This document shows positions 29,574-39,660 of a stretch of DNA of 64,000 nt, piece by piece. The notes under the pieces are model-generated. The model worked only from the letters and a program-made list of their open reading frames with translations. It had not been told where the DNA came from and ran no database searches. The DNA lies in contig CBDAOY010000006.1 of assembly GCA_965198225.1 (NCBI GenBank), positions 1 through 64,000 on the forward strand. Direction: 5' to 3'. The position numbers were made by a program, and so were the translations under genes. The DNA comes from Terriglobia bacterium (GTDB lineage: Bacteria; Acidobacteriota; Terriglobia; 20CM-2-55-15). Numbering within the stretch: position 1 is the first letter of the stretch; each line of letters opens with the position of its first letter.

Positions 29574-29819
29574 CTACTTTTCGGTGGGATGTAGGTTCTC
29601 GGCGCTTCGCACGTCGATTGGTGCTTCCTCGAAGTCTTCACCAGCCGCGTCGAGTGCTTCCCGGCGGTTCAGCTCCAGAGCTTCGCGTAGCGTCACCTTC
29701 AGAGACTCGATCAATTCTGGCCTCGTCCGCTCTTGACAGTTGATTCCGGGCAGTTCCTCGATCCACCCGATCCACCACGGATCAGAGTGCTTGATGACGG
29801 CCGTGTACGTTTCCTGCAT
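29574..29819 (-). CDS. hicB: HicB-family antitoxin (orphan)
   Basis: YTAVIK...WWIGWIEELPGINCQERTRPELIESLKVTLREALELNR. Confidence 0.85.
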   Translation of the reverse strand: MQETYTAVIKHSDPWWIGWIEELPGINCQERTRPELIESLKVTLREALELNRREALDAAGEDFEEAPIDVRSAENLHPTEK

Positions 29820-29886
29820 GACAACAGTCTAGCCGCGTCCGACGGCTAAAGGCTAAAAGGGTTTGGAGTGCTTATGTCCCCCAGAC

Positions 29887-29956
29887 GTGTAGGTGCGGTC
29901 TATGACCGCACACTCTTCGATTCGCGACGACGTGCGCTCATAGAGCGCACCTACAC
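29887..29956. repeat. REPIN at the 3' end of the kinase array
   Basis: Same 25-20-25 nt inverted doublet. Confidence 0.9.
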
Positions 29957-30006
29957 TCGTTGAGAGTTCTCGCGGTGGCAACGGAAAGATCGGCGCCGGA
30001 CAGTCA

Positions 30007-32610
30007 TTACGGCACCGGCACCTTCTCCTTCAACTCCTCAAACCAATTCAGGACGACGTTGATCCGGTTGCTCTCTTCAGTCACCCCGCTCGTTCCTGCC
30101 CGGCCGACGAGAAAACGGTTTCCGTCCGGGTGAACGCCTAACAAGGTAAGAAGAATATACGGACTGGCGAAGAGTTCACGTGGAGAGCCGCGCGTGAAGG
30201 CGGGCTCGAATCCAACGGGTACGGCCATCACTCTCCTGCGGTCGAGATCGCGGTAATAGAGTTCGCGCCCGTCGGCAGACCAGAGCGGAGGAGAGCCGCG
30301 TCCATCGGCGATCCGATGAGGGGTTCCGGGCCCAGGGTAGGGCGCGACCCATATCTCGCTTCCTTGCCGTGTGTAAGCGATCCACTTTCCGTCGGGCGAG
30401 AACGAGGGGGCCGTTTCAGCGTCGGCCGTGGCCAGAAACGGTTCGGCCGAAGCTTGCTCGATGGAATACACCCAAAGGTCGCGCCGGGTTGTTTCCGAGT
30501 CGGGCGGGGCATCAAACGCCAGCAAACGGCCGTCCGGGGACCACGAAAGGCTCACCGGCGACGTATGATGCGACCAGAGGAGTTCAGACGGTCCGCTGCC
30601 ATCTGCAGCCTGCCAGTAGATGTCGCGGCCGGCCACAAAAGTCACTCGCCCGCCGTCCGGTGTCCACGCCGGTGGAACCGTGGCGCGACCGTCGTCTGTC
30701 AATCGGCTCGGCGTGCCGCTCTCCACGTCGACGATCCAAATATTGCCTCCGCCGTCTTCGGAAACCAAGACCGCCACACGATCGCCGGTTGACGACACTC
30801 TGGCGCCCCGGTATTCAAGGTTCGACTGGCTGAGCGGAGTGGCGCGCCCGCTCCCATCCATCCATTCGAGCGTCGAGCGAAAATCAGCCGCGCCACCGGG
30901 CACATAGGCGAACGTACCGTTTGCCCCGAAGGCGTAATTCGCGCTGGTCGAATGCAGGACATCCTGTTGGATCACGACCGGGTTCCCGGTCAAAGCGAGG
31001 TTGTCGCTATCGAACGGGACCGCGTGTAGCGTATCTACCATTCCATATACGATATGGCCGGTCGGTACGTACCGCGCATCGATTCCTCTTAGATTCAGAA
31101 CGGTGCGTTCGCCCGATTCCAAAGACTGCAAGACGGTCTGAGGGCTTTCAGCAGATCCTGTTCCGAACAATGCCGCGTTCCCACCAGGCAGGATCTGTGG
31201 GACTGCCATGAACTCTCCCTTGGCCGCGATGAGCAGTTGAGGCGTTCCACCTTCCGACGGCACGCGGAAGATCCCTTCGTTGTTGGCGAAGACAATCGTA
31301 TCTTCGTCGGGCCAGGAGCACATGAAGTAAGGGTCGACATCACACACCTTCATCGGCGCGCCGCCCGCCACAGCAACTTTCTTCAGCTGACGATCGTCAA
31401 GAGACCAATACGAGACCCATTGTCCGTCGGGCGAGAAAAGGGGATCCGCGGGATTGTCGTCCGTTGGAAGCGGCCGCACCTCATCCGCAGTCAAATCCCA
31501 TAGGTGGAGTTGGGAGTCAGCGACGTAAGCAATCCGGCCCCCGTCTGGAGAGACCGCGATGACTGGGTATCCGAACTCGGCGTCGAACTCCTGGCTGTCT
31601 GGAAGCTGGAAGTGAAAGCGCGTGATCGGCCGGGGTTCCGGCCCAGGCACGGGCCTCAGGTACCAACCCAGTGGAGCTGCCACCAGGATTCCCAGAGCCA
31701 GCATCGCCACAGCATAAGGAGTTATCGTTCTGGCGCGCGGTTCGCCTTCAACACCCGCCGTGGCGACGAGCGCGGCTTCGATCTCGAGGCGTACGTCCGC
31801 GATCGCGTGCCACCGACGCTTCGGATTCTTCTCCAGACAGCGTTCGAGAAGTCGTCGACCTGCTGGGTTGAGGTCAGTGGGCAAGTTGCCGAAGTCCGGT
31901 TCACGGTCAAGGATTGCCGCAATCGTGTCCGACAAAGTCTGCTGTTTGAAGAGTGTCTTTCCCGTCAGCATTTCGTAGAGCACGCAACCAAACGCCCAGA
32001 CGTCAGACCGATGATCGGCCGGTTGACGCCGCGCCTGCTCCGGACTCATGTAGGCGGGCGTGCCCAGCAGTACGCCCTTACCGCCTGCGGCATCCTCGGC
32101 CAGCGTTTCGAGGACGGTCTCATCGCCCACTGCAGTGCCGGCATAGGCCTTCGCCAACCCGAAATCCAGGACCTTCACTTTGCCTTCAGACGTGACCTTG
32201 ATGTTGGCGGGCTTCAGATCCCGATGGATGACGCCCTTCTCGTGCGCGGCTTCGAGGGCTTCGGCGATCTGGAGTGCGAGTTCGAGGGATTCCTGGACGG
32301 GAAGCGGCCCCCGATCCAGTTGTTCCGACAGAGTCTGCCCTTCGACCAACTCCAAAACGAGGAACCGCGTTCCCTCGGACTCTTCCAGCCCGTAGATCGC
32401 CGCGATATTCGGATGATTCAGCGAAGCAAGCAGCTTGGCCTCGCGCTCAAAGCGCGCGATCCGTTCGGTATCTTGTGCAAACTCCTCCGGAAGAACCTTG
32501 ATCGCGACACTGCGGCCGAGCTTCTTATCGGTTGCCTGATACACCTCGCCCATGCCGCCTTTACCTATGGCAGCGGTGATCTCATAGTGAGCCAGTGTCC
32601 TGCCAATCAT
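30007..32610 (-). CDS. Array kinase K1: Ser/Thr kinase (clade A), TM, PD40 propeller ending VPVP
   Basis: Intact 867-aa ORF with all Hanks motifs; ends VVLNWFEELKEKVPVP. Confidence 0.95.
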   Translation of the reverse strand: MIGRTLAHYEITAAIGKGGMGEVYQATDKKLGRSVAIKVLPEEFAQDTERIARFEREAKLLASLNHPNIAAIYGLEESEGTRFLVLELVEGQTLSEQLDRGPLPVQESLELALQIAEALEAAHEKGVIHRDLKPANIKVTSEGKVKVLDFGLAKAYAGTAVGDETVLETLAEDAAGGKGVLLGTPAYMSPEQARRQPADHRSDVWAFGCVLYEMLTGKTLFKQQTLSDTIAAILDREPDFGNLPTDLNPAGRRLLERCLEKNPKRRWHAIADVRLEIEAALVATAGVEGEPRARTITPYAVAMLALGILVAAPLGWYLRPVPGPEPRPITRFHFQLPDSQEFDAEFGYPVIAVSPDGGRIAYVADSQLHLWDLTADEVRPLPTDDNPADPLFSPDGQWVSYWSLDDRQLKKVAVAGGAPMKVCDVDPYFMCSWPDEDTIVFANNEGIFRVPSEGGTPQLLIAAKGEFMAVPQILPGGNAALFGTGSAESPQTVLQSLESGERTVLNLRGIDARYVPTGHIVYGMVDTLHAVPFDSDNLALTGNPVVIQQDVLHSTSANYAFGANGTFAYVPGGAADFRSTLEWMDGSGRATPLSQSNLEYRGARVSSTGDRVAVLVSEDGGGNIWIVDVESGTPSRLTDDGRATVPPAWTPDGGRVTFVAGRDIYWQAADGSGPSELLWSHHTSPVSLSWSPDGRLLAFDAPPDSETTRRDLWVYSIEQASAEPFLATADAETAPSFSPDGKWIAYTRQGSEIWVAPYPGPGTPHRIADGRGSPPLWSADGRELYYRDLDRRRVMAVPVGFEPAFTRGSPRELFASPYILLTLLGVHPDGNRFLVGRAGTSGVTEESNRINVVLNWFEELKEKVPVP

Positions 32611-32621
32611 GCCTTTGTCCC

Positions 32622-32691
32622 GTGTAGGTGCGGTCTATGACCGCACATTCTTCAAACCACGACAACGTGCGCTCATAGAGCGCACCTACAC
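32622..32691. repeat. REPIN, 11 nt upstream of the K1 ATG
   Basis: Same doublet. Confidence 0.9.
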
Positions 32692-32719
32692 TTGCTGGGA
32701 TGCAAAAAACGGTGTTGCC

Positions 32720-35347
32720 TCATTTGCGATTGAGTTCCCCCGTCCAATTGACGACCACACTCACCGGTTTAGGATTGGGGTGCGGCCGCCTCAGAAGGAA
32801 TCTATCACCCTCCAGAGTCACGGAATAATGGTTGCGGCTGTCAACCAACCCTGTGATCTGCGGCTCAAATACCCGTTCGGGCGGACCGACGCGAAGATCA
32901 CCGGAATCGAGCTCTACACGAACCGCCATGACACGTCGATCTTCTCCGCCAAAAAACAACTCCTCACCGTCGTTCCTCCAACGCGGATGGAATCCGCCCT
33001 CGCTGGATACGCGTCTGGTGTTCTCTCCCGCCGGGAAACTCGTTACGTATATTTCCATAGTGCCGGTTTCTGCGGATGCGTAAGCGACCCAGTTTCCATC
33101 CGGCGAGAAGACGGCGCCATACTCGTAGGAGTCCGAGTCCAGGAGTCTCCAGGGTGCTTGATCACCCAAGACAGGCAAGACCCACACGTCACCCGAGTCT
33201 GCGGGTGAGTCTTCAAACAGAATGAACCGGCCGTCACCGGACCAATCTGTCGGTCTGATCCACTCCGTGTCGACGGCTCCCTCAAACACCAATTCTTCGT
33301 TTCCGCTGACCACATCCTTCACCCACAGGTCAAAGCGATCATTCCGGTCGGTAGCAAAAACGATTCGATCTCCCTGTGGCGACCAAACGGGATCCATGTC
33401 ATACGATGGATTCGATGTGAAACGCGTTGTTGTGTTCCTCTCGACATCGATCAGCCAGATGTCGACGTTTCCAGACGCGGGATCCCGACGGTTCACTGCC
33501 ACCCGTCGCCCGTCCGGCGACAGCGCCGGATTCACAAACTCACCAGATTCAGGTTGGTGAGCCGTCCCCAATTCCTTTCCCTGTCGATCGAACCAGACGA
33601 GCTGGCCATCCACCCCGGGACCGGGCCTGAAGGCCAACATTCCATTCTCCGAAACCGAGAACGGCACGCTGACTTCTCCCAGCACCGAACCAGACACAAC
33701 CAACCGACCGATGGTTTGCGGTTGGTCATCAAGCGCGAGGGTTGCAGGATCGAAACGCTGAGCCATCAAGGTGCCACCTCGTAAGAACAGGATGTGACCA
33801 TCGGCGTACTGGGCTCCAGAGTTCGCATCGAGCAGAAAGCTCGCCCGCCCGGATTCCAACGAAGCAACGTGAACAGCACCAGGGTCCCTATCCGGGTAAA
33901 CGCTATACAGAAAGTGATTCCCGTCGGGCAGAAAGAACGGGAACCCTCGGGGCGTCTCCGGGCTGAACCCATCCTGTACGGCCACCGGTGTTAGCGGGCC
34001 GCCGTCCTCGGGTAAGCGGTTAAGTCCCGCCAGGAGAATCGTGCCGTCGTTGTTCCAGGTACCATTGAAGGACCGTCCATCGTATAGCGTCTGAGGACTT
34101 CCCCCCGAAAGATCAAGCTTCTTCACACGACCCTGATCGGTCGAAAACCCTAACAAACGGTTGTCCGGTGACCAGTACACGCTGGCGGCACCCTCGGTCC
34201 CCGGGAGCGCTTCGGAATGCTCGGATTCGAACGCCCGTAGCCATATCACCCTTTCTCCGTCGGAGTCTGGTCCAATAAAGGCCATCCGCTGGCCGTCTCG
34301 TGCCAAGGCGAATTCCTCGCCGCCAGCTCCCGGCGGTAAAGGGACGACAAAACGCACCGCTTCTGGTTCTCGGTCCGAATCCCCGACCCCGGTGACCAGC
34401 AGAGCCAGGACAGCGATCAGCAACCCTGAAGTTGCCGTAACCCATGCGACGCGTTCCCAGCCCCTCGTGTCAACCTTGACCGGCAACGGGTCTCGCTCAG
34501 CCTCCGCAGCGAGTTCCATGGCGATGCGGACATCACCGATGGCCTGCCACCGACGCTTCGGGATCCTCTCCAGGCAACGTTCGAGAAGTCGTCGAAGGGC
34601 TGGATCGAGGTCGTCCGGCATCGCGCCGAAGTCCGGTTCCCGTTCAAGGATGGCTGCGATGGTGTCGGAGAGCGTGTTGCCTTTGAAGAGCGTCTTTCCG
34701 GTCAACACCTCATAAAGCACGCACCCGAAAGCCCAAACGTCTGACCGATGATCGGCCGGCTGTCTGCGAGCCTGCTCGGGGCTCATGTACGCCGGCGTGC
34801 CGAGAAGGACGCCCCTACCGCTCTCGGAATCCTCCGCCAGCGTTTCAAGGACGGTTTCGTCACCCAGCGCAGTGCCGGCATACGCCTTCGCCAACCCGAA
34901 GTCCAATACCTTTACTTTGCCTTCAGACGTGACCTTGATGTTGGCAGGCTTCAGATCCCGATGGATGACGCCCTTCTCGTACGCGGCTTCGAGGGCTTCC
35001 GCGATTTGGAGGGCGAGTTCGAGGGATTCCTGGACGGGAACCGGACCGCGTTGAAGGCGATCTGCGAGCGTGTCGCCTTCTACCAGCTCCAGAACGAGGA
35101 AGCGCGTACCTTCCGATTCCTCGAGCCCGTAAATTGCCGCGATGTTCGGATGATTCAGCGACGCCAGCAGCTTCGCTTCGCGCTCGAAGCGTGCGACGCG
35201 GTCGCTATCTTGTGCAAACTCTTCAGGCAGGACCTTGATTGCGACATTGCGGCCGAGCTTCCCATCCGTGGCTTGATACACCTCGCCCATACCACCTTTA
35301 CCGATGGCTGCGGTGATTTCGTAGTGGGCCAGTGTCTTGCCAATCAT
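32720..35347 (-). CDS. Array kinase K2: clade A kinase with a K7/K8-type sensor region
   Basis: Intact 875-aa ORF; FLPDGNHFLY, LVWFDRQGKELGTA, ends VVVNWTGELNRK. Confidence 0.95.
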   Translation of the reverse strand: MIGKTLAHYEITAAIGKGGMGEVYQATDGKLGRNVAIKVLPEEFAQDSDRVARFEREAKLLASLNHPNIAAIYGLEESEGTRFLVLELVEGDTLADRLQRGPVPVQESLELALQIAEALEAAYEKGVIHRDLKPANIKVTSEGKVKVLDFGLAKAYAGTALGDETVLETLAEDSESGRGVLLGTPAYMSPEQARRQPADHRSDVWAFGCVLYEVLTGKTLFKGNTLSDTIAAILEREPDFGAMPDDLDPALRRLLERCLERIPKRRWQAIGDVRIAMELAAEAERDPLPVKVDTRGWERVAWVTATSGLLIAVLALLVTGVGDSDREPEAVRFVVPLPPGAGGEEFALARDGQRMAFIGPDSDGERVIWLRAFESEHSEALPGTEGAASVYWSPDNRLLGFSTDQGRVKKLDLSGGSPQTLYDGRSFNGTWNNDGTILLAGLNRLPEDGGPLTPVAVQDGFSPETPRGFPFFLPDGNHFLYSVYPDRDPGAVHVASLESGRASFLLDANSGAQYADGHILFLRGGTLMAQRFDPATLALDDQPQTIGRLVVSGSVLGEVSVPFSVSENGMLAFRPGPGVDGQLVWFDRQGKELGTAHQPESGEFVNPALSPDGRRVAVNRRDPASGNVDIWLIDVERNTTTRFTSNPSYDMDPVWSPQGDRIVFATDRNDRFDLWVKDVVSGNEELVFEGAVDTEWIRPTDWSGDGRFILFEDSPADSGDVWVLPVLGDQAPWRLLDSDSYEYGAVFSPDGNWVAYASAETGTMEIYVTSFPAGENTRRVSSEGGFHPRWRNDGEELFFGGEDRRVMAVRVELDSGDLRVGPPERVFEPQITGLVDSRNHYSVTLEGDRFLLRRPHPNPKPVSVVVNWTGELNRK

Positions 35348-35349
35348 GG

Positions 35350-37025
35350 TTACGGGACCGGAACCCGTTCCTTCACTTCCTCGATCCAGTTCTGTACGAC
35401 GACAACCCGCCGTGGTGCGAGATTGTCGTCCCCGTCGGGACGGATCATGAGAAAGCGGCCATCTGGGCCTACGTCATACGACGGTGGCTGTACACCCCTG
35501 AGAAGGCTTGTACTGAGAAAGCTTGTCTCGAATAGCTGTTCTGGTGGTTGAAAATCCACGCTGTCTTCGGTCTGAACCGCCACCGCCATCATTGCATCGC
35601 CTTCGAGGTAGTAAAGTTCTCGTCCGTCACGGGCCCAAATTGGCTCGATGCCGCCGTTCGGAGAAACCCGGACCGCCGCGGCGGGCCCAGGGTAGCGTCG
35701 GACCCAGATCTCTGATTGACCGGTCTGGTCGGAAACGTAGGCAAGCCATCGCCCGTCTGGTGAGAGCGCGGCTCCCCAAAACCCTTCGTCGGACGGCGTC
35801 GCGACGATCGGTTCGATCTTGTCGGGCTCCGCGATCGGCCAGCGGACGATGTCGTTTCCGGTATCCCCTCCGAGTTGGAGGCCTGGAGTTCGTCGATCGA
35901 TCTCAGGTACAGTCCGTCGCCCCGGACCATTGCGATCTGGCTGCCGTCCGGTGAGATGGCAAGTATGGACGGACGAACGGAGGTTTCGGGGGACTCCCCT
36001 CCGCCCTGGGGCAGATCGTACTCAAAACGCGTGACCGCCCGGGGTTCCGGCCGAAGCGGTCTCAAGTACCAGGTGAGAGGAATTGCGACCAGAGCGATCA
36101 TCAGGATCGCAACCGCGCACCAAAGAATCGGTCGGGCCTGCGGTTTGGAGTCGGTACCCGGCTCACCTGAACCTGGGCTGGCTAGCGCCGCTTCGACTTC
36201 CAGCCGCACGTCGGCGATCGCGTGCCAACGACGCTTTGGATTCTTTTCCAGGCATCGTTCGAGGAGTCGACGAATGGCGGGACTGAGGTTGTTCGGCAGC
36301 CGGCCGAAGTCCGGCTCACGTTCAAGGATCGCGGCAATCGTGTGCGACAGTGTGTTGCCTTTGAAGACGACCTTGCCAGTCAGCATTTCGAACAGGACAC
36401 AACCAAACGACCAGACATCCGACCGATGATCGGCCGGCTGACGACTGGCCTGTTCCGGACTCATGTAGGCGGGCGTTCCCAAGAGGACGCCCTTGCCGCT
36501 CTCGGCACCCTCGGCCAGCGTTTCCAAAATGGTCTCATCGCCGAGAGCAGCGCCGGCATAGGCCTTCGCCAACCCGAAGTCCAATACCTTCACTTTGCCT
36601 TCGGACGTGACCTTGATGTTGGCGGGCTTCAGATCCCGATGGATGACGCCCTTCTCGTGCGCGGCTTCGAGGGCTTCCGCGATTTGTACGGCGACTTCGA
36701 GTGATTCCTTAACGGGGAGGGGGCCGCGAACCAGTCGTTCCGACAGAGTTTGGCCTTCGACCAGCTCTAAGACGAGGAAGCGCGTTCCTTCGGATTCTTC
36801 CAGTCCGTAGATCGCCGCGATGTTCGGATGGTTCAGCGAGGCGAGCAGCTTGGCCTCACGCTCGAAGCGTGCAACGCGGTCGTTATCTTGTGCAAACTCT
36901 TCAGGCAGGACCTTAATCGCGACATTGCGGCCGAGCTTCCTATCGGTGGCTTGATACACCTCCCCCATGCCACCTTTGCCGATGGCTGCGGTGATCTCGT
37001 AGTGAGCCAGTGTCTTACCGATCAT
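35350..37025 (-). pseudogene. Array kinase K3: intact kinase and TM, about 950-bp out-of-frame deletion in the propeller
   Basis: 1676 nt versus about 2630 nt for its siblings; jumps from LYLRSIDELQA (about 35880) to the K4-like DIVRWPIAEPD segment in another frame. Confidence 0.85.
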
Positions 37026-37027
37026 AG

Positions 37028-39660
37028 TTATGGGACCGGAACCCGTTCCTTCACTTCCTCGATCCAGTTTTGTACAACCACCATCCGCCGCGTTGTCACG
37101 CTGTCGCTACGAATCATGAGAAATCGGCCATCAGCGCCTACGTCATAGGACGGTGCTTGACGACGCCTGAGGAAAATTCTCTCGAACAACCGTTCGGGTG
37201 GCTGGAAGTTGAAGGTGTCCTTGGAGTCTACCGCCACGGCCATCACGGAGTTGCCTTCGAGGTAATAGAGTTCTCGTCCATCGCGGGCCCAAACCGGTTC
37301 GATGCCGCCGTTTGGGGACACGCGAACTGGCGCACCAGGCCCCGGATATGGTCGGACCCAGATTTCTGGTTGCCGGTCAGATTGGAATCATAGGCAAGCC
37401 ATCGCCCGTCGGGCGATAGCGTGGCTCCCCAACGACCCTCGTCGGCCGGCGTCGCGACAACCGATTCGAAGTCGTCGGGCTCGGCGATCTGCCAGCGCAC
37501 GATGTCGATTCCGTTCGCTCCTTCGGCGAAGTCTGCCAGCAATTCCAAGCCGTCCCCAGACCACCCGTGCGGATGGAAGTGCCCCTCCGGGGATACGCGC
37601 TCCGGGACAGCGCTGCTGCCATCGGCCGAGACCGCCCACAACGACGACGGGGAGCCGGAACCGTAACCGGAGGCGCCCTCATACACGATACGCTGCCCGT
37701 CCGGCGTCCAGAGTGGCGACAAATTTGATCCGTCAAACGTCACCTTCATGGGGGGCCGCCCGGCCACGTCGTACACCCAAATGTCACCCAGTTCGCTCAT
37801 CGCGAACCGGCTGGCGTCCGGAGAGAGGCGGGGATGCTGAGGTCTCGTGAGCGGCGAATCAGCCAACGCCTCGTCTTCGTGTCCGTCGCGCGTGACCCAA
37901 ACCGGTGTTCCCAATCCCGGCTGTATGCCTTGCGCATAAATCAGCGAACCCGACTCAGAAACGTCAAAATACAACGGCCCAGCAACCCCCCCGCGTAACA
38001 CATTCTGGAGCAGGACTACAGGTGGGCCTGCCTCCCATGTTTCGGGATCAAACCGACGGGCGACAACGTCGTTCTCCAACTGGTAAACGAGATGTCCGGT
38101 CGTCACAAAATAAAAAACGCCGCCGCCGCTGAACAATACCTTTTCGTCTCCCGATTCTAACGACCGCGCCACAACCCGAGCGTCGTAGGCCGGGCCAATT
38201 GCAAACAGGACCGATCTTCTATCCGGCAACACAATCGGATTGAAAATCGATCCCTCCCGCTCAAAGAGGATCTCCGGAATCCCTCCGTTTGCGGAAACGC
38301 TCACGATTGCGGAATTGTTTCCCTGGTTCGTCTGGACGTATAGGATCGAATCGTCTGAAGTCCAGAAGGGCCCGTAAGGCTGTTCCGCTCCGGTCAGAAC
38401 GATCGGCGTGCCGCCGCCGATAGGAACTTTCTTCAGCAGTCCCTCGTTCGGCGACCAGTAACCGACCCATTGAGCGTCCGGTGAAAAGAAGGGAGCGGAG
38501 ATCAACTCTCCCTCGGTGCCGGAGATGTGTCTGGTTGCGATTTCGTCCATCGAGCGTACGACTAGTCCGTCGCTCGAGCCGGAGACGACCTGCCTGCCGT
38601 TCGGTGAAATGGCGAGCGAGAGCCCCCCTTCGAAACGTTCGATCGGGGGCAACTCGTACTCAAAACGCGTGACCGCACGCGGTTCGGGCCGAAGCACAGT
38701 TCTCAGGTACCAGCCCAGGGGAATGGCCATGAGAACGCCTAGAATCGCGACAACGTAGGGAAGTGATCGTGCGCGAGGATTGTCTGGGAGGTCCGCTGGC
38801 ACGAAGACGTCTTCCGTCAACGCCGCTTCGACTTCCAACCGCACATCGCCGATTGCTTGCCAGCGGCGCTTAGGATTCTTTTCCAGGCAACGCTTGAGGA
38901 GTCGGCGAATGGCTGGGCTGAGATCGGTTGGTGTGGTGCCGAACTCCGGCTCGCGTTCGAGGATGGCGGCAATCGTGTCGGAGAGCGTGTTTCCTTTGAA
39001 GAGGGTCTTGCCGGACAGCATCTCGAACAGCACACACCCGAAAGCCCACACATCGGACCGATGATCAGCCGGTTGACACCTAGCCTGCTCCGGACTCATG
39101 TAGGCCGGGGTTCCAAGCAGGACGCCCTTGCCGCTTTCGGCATCCTCCGTCAGTGTTTCAAGGATGGTTTCATCGCCCACCGCCGTGCCGGCATAGGCCT
39201 TCGCCAACCCGAAGTCCAACACCTTTACTTTGCCCTCGGACGTGACCTTGATGTTGGCGGGCTTCAGGTCCCGATGAATGACACCCTTCTCATGCGCGGC
39301 TTCGAGGGCTTCGGCGATTTGCAGGGCGAGTTCGAGAGATTCCTGGACGGGAAGGGGACCGCGAACCAGTCGTTCTGAAAGAGTCTGGCCGTCGACCAAC
39401 TCCAAAACGAGGAAGCGCGTTCCCTCAGATTGTTCGAGCCCATAGATCGCCGCGATGTTCGGATGGTTCAGCGAAGCAAGCAGTTTGGCCTCACGCTCGA
39501 AGCGTGCGACTCGTTCTGTATCTTGTGCAAACTCCTCAGGCAGGACCTTGATCGCGACATTGCGACCCAGCTTCCTATCGGTAGCCTGATACACCTCCCC
39601 CATGCCACCTTTGCCGATGGCAGCAGTGATCTCGTAGTGGGCCAGTGTCTTGCCGATCAT
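37028..39660 (-). CDS. Array kinase K4 (clade A); 1-nt frameshift near 37372
   Basis: ORFs 37243..39660 and 37028..37321; adding one C restores TGQPEIWVRPYPGPG; ends VVQNWIEEVKERVPVP. Confidence 0.9.
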
